A DNA stretch of 64,000 bases from assembly GCA_039714415.1 (NCBI GenBank), contig JBDLJL010000004.1, positions 5,469 through 69,468 of the forward strand, written 5' to 3'. Source of the stretch: Bacteroidota bacterium. GTDB lineage: Bacteria > Bacteroidota > Bacteroidia > Bacteroidales > NBLH01. The translations under genes were made by a program, and so were the position numbers. Below are positions 20,064-29,029 of the stretch, piece by piece. How positions within the stretch are numbered: position 1 is the stretch's first letter; each line of letters starts with the position of its first letter. Under the pieces are notes generated by a model that saw nothing but the letters and a program-made list of their open reading frames with translations, was not told where the DNA came from and searched no databases.

Positions 20064-21155
20064 TTATTTTAGGGTGCCAAATTTCAATAAAATATAATCT
20101 ACTACCTGTTTACTTTCCAATAAGGATAAATGATCTTCTCTTTCAAAAATTACACTTTCAATATTTTCCAAATTATGGGTATTTAGCTCATCAGTTAAGG
20201 CACTATCGCTACTTACTAATCCATCTCCAAAATAACTGCTCAGGATATTGTTTTTTTTACCCAGGATACCTCCAATTAAGTAATATTTTACTCCTGGGAT
20301 TGGACGGACTTTTGAAACCGTATATTTGTCTAAATCTTCTGCATTTTCGTTAAGCCAGTCATCATCCCTAAGATAAGCATAACTTAAATCCTTAATACCA
20401 TTACTGCGAATATCCATAAATTTAGCAATATAATCATTGTTTGTAAAATCCATTTTACGGAATACATGTCCTACGAAAAAACCAATTTGTGCCAGGTATG
20501 AACCTTCGTTAGGAACCCCAATAAGGAATATAGTCTTTAGCTTTTCCGTCCATCTCTGCCTTTGTATATCAGCATAATATCCGGCACTTCTAATGACTAA
20601 TCCACCCATGGAGTGACCAATCAGATTTACCTGTTTTATTTTATTGCCATATTGGTTAATCAGCTGTTCAAGCAGGTTGCTTAAGGTTCTTCCATTTTCT
20701 GAAATGTGCAATCCAGTATTGTAGCGAAGATATAAAACATGACAGGTTTTCTTTTTTTCAAGCCAATCGCCTATTTTATTTTCATCATTGGGATCCAAGG
20801 CTTTCCACATATACTCATCACCCATTAAACCATGAATAAGAATACTTACCTTACCAGAGTATTGTTGAAAATCATAATAATCTGTAAGTTTGTTAAGAGG
20901 GATATCTTGATTTTTAATACGGAAAGAAAATTTTATGGCAAGTGGGTCGTTGTTTTCTTCAAACGCATCACCTGTTAAACCATTAAGTATTGGTACCAGG
21001 TGATTTGTATCTTGTACTTTATTTTGAATATCATCTTTTATTCTAGTCGTAAAAGACTGAATGTCACCTAATAATTTATCCTTATATGCTTTTGGGGGAT
21101 TAATATTAAGCTTGTTTGTTAGCCAATCGCTTAAGTTGAATTTGCTATCTTTCAT
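20064..21155 (-). CDS. Alpha/beta-fold hydrolase (lipase/esterase-like)
   Basis: Nucleophile elbow GHSMGG in LIGHSMGGLVIRS, preceded by ILIHGLMGD. The ATG at 21155 is preferred over TTG 21176. Confidence 0.7.
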   Translation of the reverse strand: MKDSKFNLSDWLTNKLNINPPKAYKDKLLGDIQSFTTRIKDDIQNKVQDTNHLVPILNGLTGDAFEENNDPLAIKFSFRIKNQDIPLNKLTDYYDFQQYSGKVSILIHGLMGDEYMWKALDPNDENKIGDWLEKKKTCHVLYLRYNTGLHISENGRTLSNLLEQLINQYGNKIKQVNLIGHSMGGLVIRSAGYYADIQRQRWTEKLKTIFLIGVPNEGSYLAQIGFFVGHVFRKMDFTNNDYIAKFMDIRSNGIKDLSYAYLRDDDWLNENAEDLDKYTVSKVRPIPGVKYYLIGGILGKKNNILSSYFGDGLVSSDSALTDELNTHNLENIESVIFEREDHLSLLESKQVVDYILLKFGTLK

Positions 21156-21269
21156 GGCTTTAGAATTTCCATGCAAGATATAAAGATCTTATCAAAATAA
21201 ATGGAAAGCTTATCAATTAGTTTTAAATTTACAGGCTTGATAGGTATAAAAGAATCAGACCCGGTGGGT

Positions 21270-22061
21270 TTATTTATTTTTTAATAGTTCGATTAATTCT
21301 GTTTCAGTTTCTTTTACCGCAACAAAGTTTGGTCCGATAAAATCTTCATATTTTAATTCGTAATCCCTAAATTCAACTTCTTTAGGGAAAATCTTACCTA
21401 AAATATAACCATGTTTATTAAAAAAATGGTAGAAATCAATAAGGAGTTTTTTGGTAATTATATTAATATATCCGTATTCAAATTGAATAGCCTTAATTTT
21501 CCCTTTTGATATGGCTTCTTCAAAGCCAATAATTGCATCATATTCAGCTCCTTCCAAATCAAGTTTCAAAAAATCAATTTGATCAATATTGTTTTCTTTC
21601 ATAAAGTCATCACCATTTATCAGCGAGATATTTGTTTCACCTTTCATCGGGTCGCTTAATTCTTCAATATCATAAATGGATGAATGTGTGTGTGAATCAA
21701 ATAAATTAATTTTTTTTTCGCAATTGCTATGGTAGAGGCCCTTGTTAATGGTAATAATATTATCGATTCCTTCGATGTTTTTTTGTAATTGATCAAAAGT
21801 ATCTTTTACCGGCTCAAAAGCATAAATTTTACAATTATTAAAATGCTCGTTTAGCACTGCAGAGTATTTGCCAATGTTTGCACCACCATCAATAACTAAT
21901 GTTGGCTTTAGTGTGCTTAATTTCTTTAAAATAGTTAATTCCCCATTTGTTTGTATATCATGGTTCCTGTTTTCATAAAAACGGTTTGCAGACCTACCAA
22001 ACCCTGCAATTGCCTTAAAAAAATTATTATGGGAATTTTTTTTGAAGAAATTTTTTAACAT
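21270..22061 (-). CDS. FkbM-family SAM-dependent methyltransferase
   Basis: VIDGGANIGKYS ... YAFEP ... FLKLDLEGAEY pattern. Confidence 0.75.
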   Translation of the reverse strand: MLKNFFKKNSHNNFFKAIAGFGRSANRFYENRNHDIQTNGELTILKKLSTLKPTLVIDGGANIGKYSAVLNEHFNNCKIYAFEPVKDTFDQLQKNIEGIDNIITINKGLYHSNCEKKINLFDSHTHSSIYDIEELSDPMKGETNISLINGDDFMKENNIDQIDFLKLDLEGAEYDAIIGFEEAISKGKIKAIQFEYGYINIITKKLLIDFYHFFNKHGYILGKIFPKEVEFRDYELKYEDFIGPNFVAVKETETELIELLKNK

Positions 22062-22247
22062 GCCTTATTTTTAAATGATGAATAAATTATGCCAGCAAAA
22101 GTAGGTAAAATTCTGGAATAGGTTCTTGGTTAACATGTATTTTAAGGCTAATTGTATTTATAATTTCAGGGCTTTTATTCTCCTTGTCGTCAGGCGAAAA
22201 TTAGTTCTTAGAGATGAAATAACAAAGAATAAGGGGCTCCTTATTTT

Positions 22248-23270
22248 CTATGAATATTTCTTTAGATCATCTAAAAACACATCAATTCCTTCGTTTTTAG
22301 TTGCCCATGAAGTAACCAACCTGATTACTGACATGTTGTTTTTATCTTTACTCCAAATATAAAAATCATGTTTTTTGCCGAGTTTTTCAATTATGCTGTT
22401 CGGAAGAATAGGAAAGATTTGATTAGACTCTGGTTTTGACAGGAAATTATAACCAAGCTCAGCAATACCCTTACTTAGTTTGTAAGCCATTGAATTAGCA
22501 TGTTTGGCCAAATCAAAATACAGGTCATTTTTTAATAACTCTACAAATTGGATTCCTAATAATCTGCCTTTGGCCAGCAAAGCTCCATGCTGTTTTAAGT
22601 GAAACCTGAAATTCTGTTTCAGTTCGTCATTAATAATAACAATTGCTTCACCTATCAGTGCTCCGTTTTTTGTTCCTCCAACATAAAATACATCAATAAG
22701 TTTTGCTAATTCCGGTAAGCTTAAATCATTCTCATTTGAACTCAGGGCAACACCTAAACGAGCACCATCCAAATATAGAATCAAATTATTTTGTCGACAA
22801 AATGCTGAAAGTTTTTTTAATTCCTGCTTTTTATAAACAGTACCTAACTCTGTTGAATTGGAAATAAATACCATTGCAGGTTTAACCATATGTTCATCTG
22901 TATGTTCTTCCAGAATGGGTTTGATTTGTTCCGGGCTTAGTTTACCATCTGAACTGTTAATACTATGAATTTTATGACCGGTAGCTTCAATGGCACCTGC
23001 TTCATGTATATTTATGTGAGCTGAGTTTGCGGCAATAACTGATTCGTATGGTTTTAATGCTGATGCGATTACAATTAAGTTTGCCTGCGTTCCCCCGGAA
23101 ACAAAATGGATATCTGCGTCTTGGTTTTTTATTTTATCAATAAGTATATCTTTTGCTTTTTGAGAATATTCATCTTCACTATACCCGTTTTGTCGTTCCA
23201 GGTTGGTTTGAATAAGCACCTCTAAAATATTTGGATGGGCACCTTCACTATAATCGTTATAAAAGTTCAT
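22248..23270 (-). CDS. ltaE: Low-specificity L-threonine aldolase (PLP, beta-eliminating lyase family)
   Basis: NFYNDYSEGAHPNIL at the N-terminus, GGTQANL, and the PLP-lysine context VGGTKNG. About 340 aa. Confidence 0.8.
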   Translation of the reverse strand: MNFYNDYSEGAHPNILEVLIQTNLERQNGYSEDEYSQKAKDILIDKIKNQDADIHFVSGGTQANLIVIASALKPYESVIAANSAHINIHEAGAIEATGHKIHSINSSDGKLSPEQIKPILEEHTDEHMVKPAMVFISNSTELGTVYKKQELKKLSAFCRQNNLILYLDGARLGVALSSNENDLSLPELAKLIDVFYVGGTKNGALIGEAIVIINDELKQNFRFHLKQHGALLAKGRLLGIQFVELLKNDLYFDLAKHANSMAYKLSKGIAELGYNFLSKPESNQIFPILPNSIIEKLGKKHDFYIWSKDKNNMSVIRLVTSWATKNEGIDVFLDDLKKYS

Positions 23271-23363
23271 GTTAAGAATAATTACCTATTTGTTAAACTC
23301 TTTTTAAATCAATTATCATTAACTAATTTCAATAAATAAAATATGCATGACTTTATGAACACG

Positions 23364-23530
23364 CACTAATTAGTACATCTAAGAAAACTACTCTTTTTTC
23401 AAGTGGCTTTTAGAAATCGTCAAGAACAAGGCTTGAGAAATCTTGAGAATCAAGGAGTTTACTTTTGTAAATGACTGTTTTCAAGATGAGCATAACGCAG
23501 TTATTGGCGTTTTCTAAGAGACACTAATTA
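23364..23530. repeat. Structured intergenic element, copy A
   Basis: The 9-mer CACTAATTA occurs at 23364-23372 and 23522-23530. Inverted repeats TCTAAGAAAAC (23378-23388) and GTTTTCTAAGA (23509-23519) match 10/11. The core TTTACTTTTGTAAATGACTGT (23458-23478) is shared 19/21 with 53488-53508. GAGCATAACGCAG is shared with copy B in the opposite orientation. Confidence 0.6.
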
Positions 23531-24799
23531 TATTATATAATGAAACAAATCAGATTGATCATTCAAATATTCGTATTTGATTTTTTTATCGGTTAACTTT
23601 TCAATAATTAGGGCAAGATCATTCGGTTTTTTCACAGCTATGCCAACCAGTGCCGGACCACTATTACGATTGTTTTTTTTATGGTATTCAAAATGGGTGA
23701 TATCATCTGTTGGCCCCAATACATCCCCTACAAATTCTTTCAAAGCACCAGGGCGTTGTGGAAAGCTAATTAGGAAATAGTGCTTTAGTTTTTCATAAAG
23801 AAGCGAACGTTCTTTAATTTCTTCCATCCGCGTTATATCATTGTTTCCTCCGCTTGCTATGCAAACTATATTTTTTCCTTTAATTTCTTTTTTAAATAAA
23901 TCTAATGCCGCAATGGAAAGTGCACCGGCTGGTTCAACAACCATAGCATCTTCGTTATATAGCTCTAATATTGTTGTACAAATTTTACCTTCCGGAACAG
24001 TAACTACAGTTTCAATATTGTTTTTACAAATTTCAAACGGTATTTTCCCCACTTCTTTAACAGCAGCACCATCCACAAATGTGTTAATATTTTCAAGCCG
24101 AACTACTTTTCCAGCTTCAAGAGAAGCTTTCATCGAAGCAGCCCCTTCAGGTTCTACGCCAATAAGTTTGGTTTCGGGACTGACTTGTTTAAAAACAGTA
24201 CTTAAGCCCGCAGCCAAACCACCTCCACCAATAGGAATAAAAAGGTAGTCAATTTTATCGTTACTGCTTTCCAGTATTTCCAACCCTATGGTAGCTTGTC
24301 CTTCAATAATGTTTATATCATCAAAAGGAGGTATAAAACTCATGTTTTGAGATTGACATTCTCTAATGGCCTCTGCCTGTGCTTCATCAAATGTATCGCC
24401 GGTAAGGATAATTTCAATATTTTCCTTACCATACATTCTTACCTGCTTAATTTTTTGGTTAGGGGTAGTAGTGGGCATAAATATTTTGCCTTTGATATTC
24501 AATTCGTTACAGGTAAAAGCAAAACCCTGGGCATGATTACCGGCACTGGCACAAACAACGCCTTTTTTCTGTTTTTCTTTGCTTAGTAAAGATATTTTGT
24601 GGTAGGCGCCTCTTAATTTGTAGGAACGCGTTTTTTGTAAATCTTCTCTTTTCAGCAGGATATTTGCATGGTATTTATCTGAAAGGCTTAAGTTTTGAAG
24701 TAATGGGGTTTGATTTATTACTTGGTTGATATTTCTTTTAGCGGTATAAATAGATTTTATATCCGGGGATATTTGTTTGTTTTTTTCGCCTTCCGTCAT
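23528..24799 (-). CDS. ilvA: Threonine ammonia-lyase (threonine dehydratase), single ACT-like regulatory domain
   Basis: PLP-lysine motif SYKLRGAY, IPIGGGGLAAG, and a C-terminal regulatory domain. The ATG at 24799 (MTEGEK) is preferred; the ORF track extends to TTG 24841. Confidence 0.9.
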   Translation of the reverse strand: MTEGEKNKQISPDIKSIYTAKRNINQVINQTPLLQNLSLSDKYHANILLKREDLQKTRSYKLRGAYHKISLLSKEKQKKGVVCASAGNHAQGFAFTCNELNIKGKIFMPTTTPNQKIKQVRMYGKENIEIILTGDTFDEAQAEAIRECQSQNMSFIPPFDDINIIEGQATIGLEILESSNDKIDYLFIPIGGGGLAAGLSTVFKQVSPETKLIGVEPEGAASMKASLEAGKVVRLENINTFVDGAAVKEVGKIPFEICKNNIETVVTVPEGKICTTILELYNEDAMVVEPAGALSIAALDLFKKEIKGKNIVCIASGGNNDITRMEEIKERSLLYEKLKHYFLISFPQRPGALKEFVGDVLGPTDDITHFEYHKKNNRNSGPALVGIAVKKPNDLALIIEKLTDKKIKYEYLNDQSDLFHYII

Positions 24800-24885
24800 G
24801 TTATTATTGTTATTTTTCCAATAGTTTTTGAACTGGATCAAAAATTAGATTCAATAAAAGTATCGCAAAAGTATGTTGAAGTTTT

Positions 24886-24934
24886 AAAAATATTGCTCTA
24901 TCGTTATATTTTTGTTGGATAACAATAGAGCAAT
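24886..24934 (-). terminator. Strong hairpin plus T-run between ilvC and ilvA
   Basis: The arms 24892-24907 (ATTGCTCTATCGTTAT) and 24919-24934 (ATAACAATAGAGCAAT) pair 15/16 around an 11-nt loop. On the minus strand the hairpin is followed by ATTTTT. Confidence 0.5.
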
Positions 24935-24939
24935 AAATA

Positions 24940-25092
24940 TAATTAGAGTTTGTCTATAAAGTCCGACTTCTGCGTTGTTGCTCAAAATCCAAATCCTCAA
25001 ATACCATAGTATTCTGCGGTTTGAATTTTTCGCACGCCTTGAATTCGAACTTTCTAGCTCAAACTCTTGATATTATGGACAGACACTAATTA
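24940..25092. repeat. Structured intergenic element, copy B, with about 22-nt terminal inverted repeats
   Basis: TAATTAGAGTTTGTCTATAAAG (24940-24961) matches the reverse complement of 25071-25092 (TAATTAGTGTCTGTCCATAATA) at 17/22. There is an inner inverted repeat AAAATCCAAA / TTTGAATTTT. It contains CACTAATTAGT, as copy A does. Confidence 0.6.
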
Positions 25093-25191
25093 GTCCATGT
25101 TTAAAATAACTGAGTGACTTTTAACATTATTGAAAATTTAAATGTAAGAAAAATACACTTATTCTAAACTACAGCCAAACAGATATATTCC

Positions 25192-26238
25192 TTATTCATT
25201 CTCCGGTCTTAGTTTACGAACAGCTTTACCTGCCTGCCACATTTCAGAATTCTGAAGTTCTTCTAATTCTGCGTCAAGTTTTACACGATAATCAGCTTTG
25301 CTGTTAGAATCAATAGAACGTTGTGCCTCGTTTCCTTTTGCAACTTCACTATAAAGTTCTTCAAAAACAGGTTTTGAGGCATCACGGAATTTCTTCCACC
25401 AATCAAGGGCACCTCTTTGCGCTGTAGTTGAGCAATTTGCATACATCCAATCCATACCGTTTTCAGCAACCAATGGCATTAAACTTTGTGTTAATTCTTC
25501 AACGGTTTCGTTAAATGCTTCTGATGGAGAGTGTCCGTTTGCACGAAGCACATCATATTGTGCAGCAAATATACCCTGAATCGCACCCATTAAAGTTCCT
25601 CTTTCGCCTGTTAAATCACTGTAAACTTCTTTTTTGAATGTAGTTTCAAAAAGATAGCCTGAACCAACACCAATTCCCAAAGCTACAACCCTTTCAAAAG
25701 CTTTACCGGTTGCATCCTGAAAAATTGCATAACTTGAATTTAATCCCCTGCCTTCAAGGAACATTCTACGTAAGCTGGTTCCTGAACCTTTTGGTGCTAC
25801 CAAAATAACGTCAACATCCGCAGGTGGGATAATGTTTGTACGTTCTTTGTACGTAATACCAAATCCATGTGAAAAATACAAAGCTTTACCGGCAGTAAGG
25901 TGTTTTTTTACTGTTGGCCAAACAGAAATTTGTCCGGCATCTGAAAGCAAATACTGAATAATAGTTCCTTTATCAAGGGCTTCCTCAATTTCAAATAATG
26001 TTTCGCCCGGAACCCAACCGTCTGCAATTGCTTTTTCCCAGGTTTTTGATTCTTTTCTTTGCCCAATAATTACATTAAACCCGTTATCTTTTAGGTTTAG
26101 TGCTTGTCCGGGGCCTTGAACACCATAGCCAATAATTGCTATAGTTTCATTTTTTAATACTTCCTGTGCTTTTGCCAAAGGAAATTCTTCCCTTGTCATC
26201 ACATTTTCTTCTACTCCTCCAAAATTAATTTTTGCCAT
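25192..26238 (-). CDS. ilvC: Ketol-acid reductoisomerase
   Basis: IIGYGVQGPGQALNLKDNG Rossmann motif. About 348 aa (class I size). Confidence 0.95.
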   Translation of the reverse strand: MAKINFGGVEENVMTREEFPLAKAQEVLKNETIAIIGYGVQGPGQALNLKDNGFNVIIGQRKESKTWEKAIADGWVPGETLFEIEEALDKGTIIQYLLSDAGQISVWPTVKKHLTAGKALYFSHGFGITYKERTNIIPPADVDVILVAPKGSGTSLRRMFLEGRGLNSSYAIFQDATGKAFERVVALGIGVGSGYLFETTFKKEVYSDLTGERGTLMGAIQGIFAAQYDVLRANGHSPSEAFNETVEELTQSLMPLVAENGMDWMYANCSTTAQRGALDWWKKFRDASKPVFEELYSEVAKGNEAQRSIDSNSKADYRVKLDAELEELQNSEMWQAGKAVRKLRPENE

Positions 26239-26280
26239 TTTAAATATTTAGTTGTTGTTAATATTAGATAATTAGTAATT

Positions 26281-26372
26281 GGTCATTTGTCATTTGTTTC
26301 GCTGTCATTAGTTTGTCAATCAATTGATAAAATAAATCAATAACTATCTAATGACTCCAAATGACTGATAAA
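26281..26372. repeat. GTCATT-type heptamer words in inverted arrangement
   Basis: GGTCATTTGTCATTTGTTTCGCTGTCATTAG (26281-26311) faces CTAATGAC..AAATGAC (26348-26365). The 28-mer 26287-26314 is 26/28 identical to 41411-41438. Confidence 0.7.
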
Positions 26373-26408
26373 CCCGTGACTACATTTTCAGTTACTAATT
26401 ACAAGTTA

Positions 26409-26945
26409 TTATATATAATCAAAAGCATTCTCCCTTTCCCGTAAGTGGTCATCCAATGGTTTCATAGGTTTAGCCATGGCCACCCTTCCGGAACGAATAA
26501 ACTGTAATACGCCAAATGGTTGCAAGGCTTTCAACAGTTTTTGTGTATCCTCCTTATGACCGGTTTTTTCAATCAAAATATATTCCGTTTCAATATCCAG
26601 AATTCGTGCATTATGCTCACGTACTATTTCTTCAATGTTTATTCCTGCTTTAATTGCAGAAACGGGAAGTTTGTATAAGGCAAGCTCCTGATGAATTAAT
26701 TCATGGTCTTCATAAACAAACACCTTAAAAACGCCCACAATTTTTTCTAATTGCTTTGCAACTTTTCCTATTAACTCTTCAGTTGTATTTACAACAATCG
26801 TATAACTGTAAACATCTTTTATTTTTGATTCAGAGGCTGTAATACTTCTGATATTAAGATGTCGCCTTGTGAAAACAATTGTTACATTATTTAACAGGCC
26901 TATATTGTTCTCAGTAACTATAATTAAGGTATATAATTTTTCCAT
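26409..26945 (-). CDS. ilvN: Acetolactate synthase small (regulatory) subunit
   Basis: ACT-domain start LIIVTENNIGLLNNVTIVFTRRHLNIRSIT. 178 aa, 13 nt downstream of ilvB. Confidence 0.9.
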   Translation of the reverse strand: MEKLYTLIIVTENNIGLLNNVTIVFTRRHLNIRSITASESKIKDVYSYTIVVNTTEELIGKVAKQLEKIVGVFKVFVYEDHELIHQELALYKLPVSAIKAGINIEEIVREHNARILDIETEYILIEKTGHKEDTQKLLKALQPFGVLQFIRSGRVAMAKPMKPLDDHLRERENAFDYI

Positions 26946-26958
26946 AGTAATTTTGAAT

Positions 26959-28701
26959 TTAAGCTTTTAACATCATTTCAGAAACAGAAGCACCACCTGG
27001 TACCATAGGAAATACATTATCTATTCTTTCAACTGCTACTTCAAGTAAATAAGGCCCCTCAGTTTTCAGCATTTTTGAGACAGCATTCTTCAGATCTTTT
27101 CTTTCTGTAATTTTTTTAGCTTCAAGCCCAAACCCTTCTGAAATTTTGATGAAATCCGGATTGCTCATAATGGTACAGGCATATCTTTGATCAAAGAATA
27201 ATTGTTGCCATTGGCGCACCATTCCCAAACAACTATTGTTTAGTAAGATTATTTTAATTGGAATTTTATAATGCCAGACTGTTGCCAGTTCCTGTATGGT
27301 CATTTGAAAGCCACCGTCACCAACAAAAATAACTGTTTGTCTGTCAGGTCTTCCAAGTTGGGCCCCAATGGCTGCAGGTATACCAAAGCCCATGGTACCT
27401 AAACCGCCTGAAGTAACAATACTTTTAGGATTAGAAAATTTGTAATAACGGGCTACCATCATCTGATTTTGTCCTACATCAGTCACTGCTATAGCTTCAC
27501 CATTTGTTTGTTCTGAAACTTCATGGACAACTTCGGCCATTTTAATTTCTTCACCTTTAGGGTGAATGTCTAAATTAATAACTGTTTCAATTTCTGTTTC
27601 TTCAAATTTACGAAATTCAGTAAGCCATTCTTCAAAATTATTTTTTTGCACCAACTCATTAAGCTTTATTAATGCTTTTTTAGCATCAGAAAGTATAGCT
27701 ACATCTGTTTTGATAATCTTATCAATTTCAGCTTCATCAATCTCAATATGAATAACTTTCGCATTAATAGCGTAACGACTTGTATCGCCTGTAACACGGT
27801 CATCAAATCGCATCCCAATAGCAATAATTAAATCTGCCTCGTTTGTTTTTATATTTGGGGCATAATTTCCGTGCATCCCTAACATTCCTACAAATAGTGG
27901 ATGGCGACTTGGAAATGCGGTAAGTCCAAACAGGGTTGCAGCAACCGGTATACCTGTTTTGTTTGCAAAGGCTTTTAATTCCTCCTCAGCATCAGAAATG
28001 GTAATGCCCTGACCGGCAAGAATTAAAGGTTTTTTCGCATTATTGATTAGATTTGCAGCCTCTCTTAATTTCTCCATATCTAATTTAGGATATGGATAAT
28101 AGCTGGGAACTTTTGTAACCTTTATAGGTTCATAACTTTCAATAGCCTGCAGTTGGGCATCCTTAGTAATATCAATTAAAACCGGTCCGGGACGACCAGA
28201 GTTAGCAATATAAAAGGCCTTGGCAATTGCCTCGGGTATTTCTTCTGCCTTTGTTACCTGGTAATTCCATTTTGTTACCGGCATTGAAATGCCCACTATA
28301 TCAGTTTCCTGAAAGGCATCAAAACCCAGCAGGTGAGAATGTACCTGTCCTGTGATACATATAATTGGTGTAGAGTCTACCATAGCATTTGATAAACCTG
28401 TTACCAAATTTGTTGAACCCGGGCCGGAAGTAGCAAATACAACTCCCGGTTTTCCTGAAGTTTTTGCATACCCCTGTGCAGAATGAGTAGCACCCTGTTC
28501 ATGGCGGGTCAGAATATGCCTAAGTTTAGAACCATTTTGGTAAAGGGAATCATAAACAGGCATAATAGCACCACCGGGGTAGCCAAATATCGTTTCAACA
28601 CCTTCATTAAGTAGAGCCTGGATTACAGCATCAGCACCATTTATTGTTTTGGTGGCTTTTTGCTCCTTTTTTTCTTTAGTTGTTTGCGTTGATGTTGCCA
28701 T
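26959..28701 (-). CDS. ilvB: Acetolactate synthase large (catalytic) subunit
   Basis: FGYPGGAIMPVYD and the ThDP motif GDGGFQMTIQELAT. The ATG at 28701 is preferred over TTG 28707. Confidence 0.95.
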   Translation of the reverse strand: MATSTQTTKEKKEQKATKTINGADAVIQALLNEGVETIFGYPGGAIMPVYDSLYQNGSKLRHILTRHEQGATHSAQGYAKTSGKPGVVFATSGPGSTNLVTGLSNAMVDSTPIICITGQVHSHLLGFDAFQETDIVGISMPVTKWNYQVTKAEEIPEAIAKAFYIANSGRPGPVLIDITKDAQLQAIESYEPIKVTKVPSYYPYPKLDMEKLREAANLINNAKKPLILAGQGITISDAEEELKAFANKTGIPVAATLFGLTAFPSRHPLFVGMLGMHGNYAPNIKTNEADLIIAIGMRFDDRVTGDTSRYAINAKVIHIEIDEAEIDKIIKTDVAILSDAKKALIKLNELVQKNNFEEWLTEFRKFEETEIETVINLDIHPKGEEIKMAEVVHEVSEQTNGEAIAVTDVGQNQMMVARYYKFSNPKSIVTSGGLGTMGFGIPAAIGAQLGRPDRQTVIFVGDGGFQMTIQELATVWHYKIPIKIILLNNSCLGMVRQWQQLFFDQRYACTIMSNPDFIKISEGFGLEAKKITERKDLKNAVSKMLKTEGPYLLEVAVERIDNVFPMVPGGASVSEMMLKA

Positions 28702-28740
28702 AAGCAAGATTTTAATTAATGTATAGTTGCGTTAATATTA

Positions 28741-28803
28741 GTCATTAGTCATTAGTTATTGGTCATTAGTCATTAGTCATTGGTCGTTAGTCATTTGTTC
28801 ATT
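28741..28803. repeat. Nine consecutive heptamers of the GTCATTA family
   Basis: Reading: GTCATTA GTCATTA GTTATTG GTCATTA GTCATTA GTCATTG GTCGTTA GTCATTT GTTCATT. Four are exact and five are variants. The array lies 40 nt upstream of the ilvB ATG. The sense-strand word TAATGAC puts TAA/TGA in all three frames. Confidence 0.9.
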
Positions 28804-28991
28804 CAATTTCATTGATTGTTAATGGTTATTGGGTTATCTGTTTATTCGTTTATTTGAGTATTGTCAAAGGTCATTGGTATTAGTTGATTAATTGTGTTGA
28901 ATGTTAAATTGTTCTATTGTTGAACTGCTAAATTATTGTTTAAATTGAAGCATTGATTGGCATTAGACAGCATATTTTTATACGATCGCCC

Positions 28992-29023
28992 CATCTTCAC
29001 ATTTCCACATCTTTACATCTCCC
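28992..29023. repeat. Four tandem octamers CATCTTCA CATTTCCA CATCTTTA CATCTCCC
   Basis: Direct reading. The array lies 7 nt downstream of the ilvD stop codon on the minus strand. Confidence 0.7.
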
Positions 29024-29029
29024 TATTTT

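Noticed and set aside
23364-23530. Interpreting the duplicated CACTAATTA as the target-site duplication of a freshly inserted MITE
   Set aside because: The inverted repeats are offset by 5 and 2 nt from the 9-mer copies. The same word also occurs singly at 25084-25092, so it may be part of the element or a preferred motif rather than a duplication. It is kept only as a possibility.
23841-24248. A 135-aa + strand ORF, with neighbours at 23577-23780 and 24296-24586, antisense to ilvA
   Set aside because: It lies entirely inside a well-supported ilvA reading frame. The translated sequence is low-complexity with no motif, typical of antisense shadow ORFs in AT-rich DNA.
24963-25074. tRNA-like or other known RNA gene within element B (the GAATTCGAAC segment superficially recalls a T-arm)
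   Set aside because: I could not build an acceptor stem, anticodon arm or GTTCGAATC-type T-loop. The sequence is better explained as a nested inverted repeat.
28741-28803. Possibility that the heptamer and 26-nt tandem repeats (also 41383-41460) are CRISPR arrays
   Set aside because: The units are 7-26 nt and directly abutting, with no unique spacers. There are no cas genes in the window.
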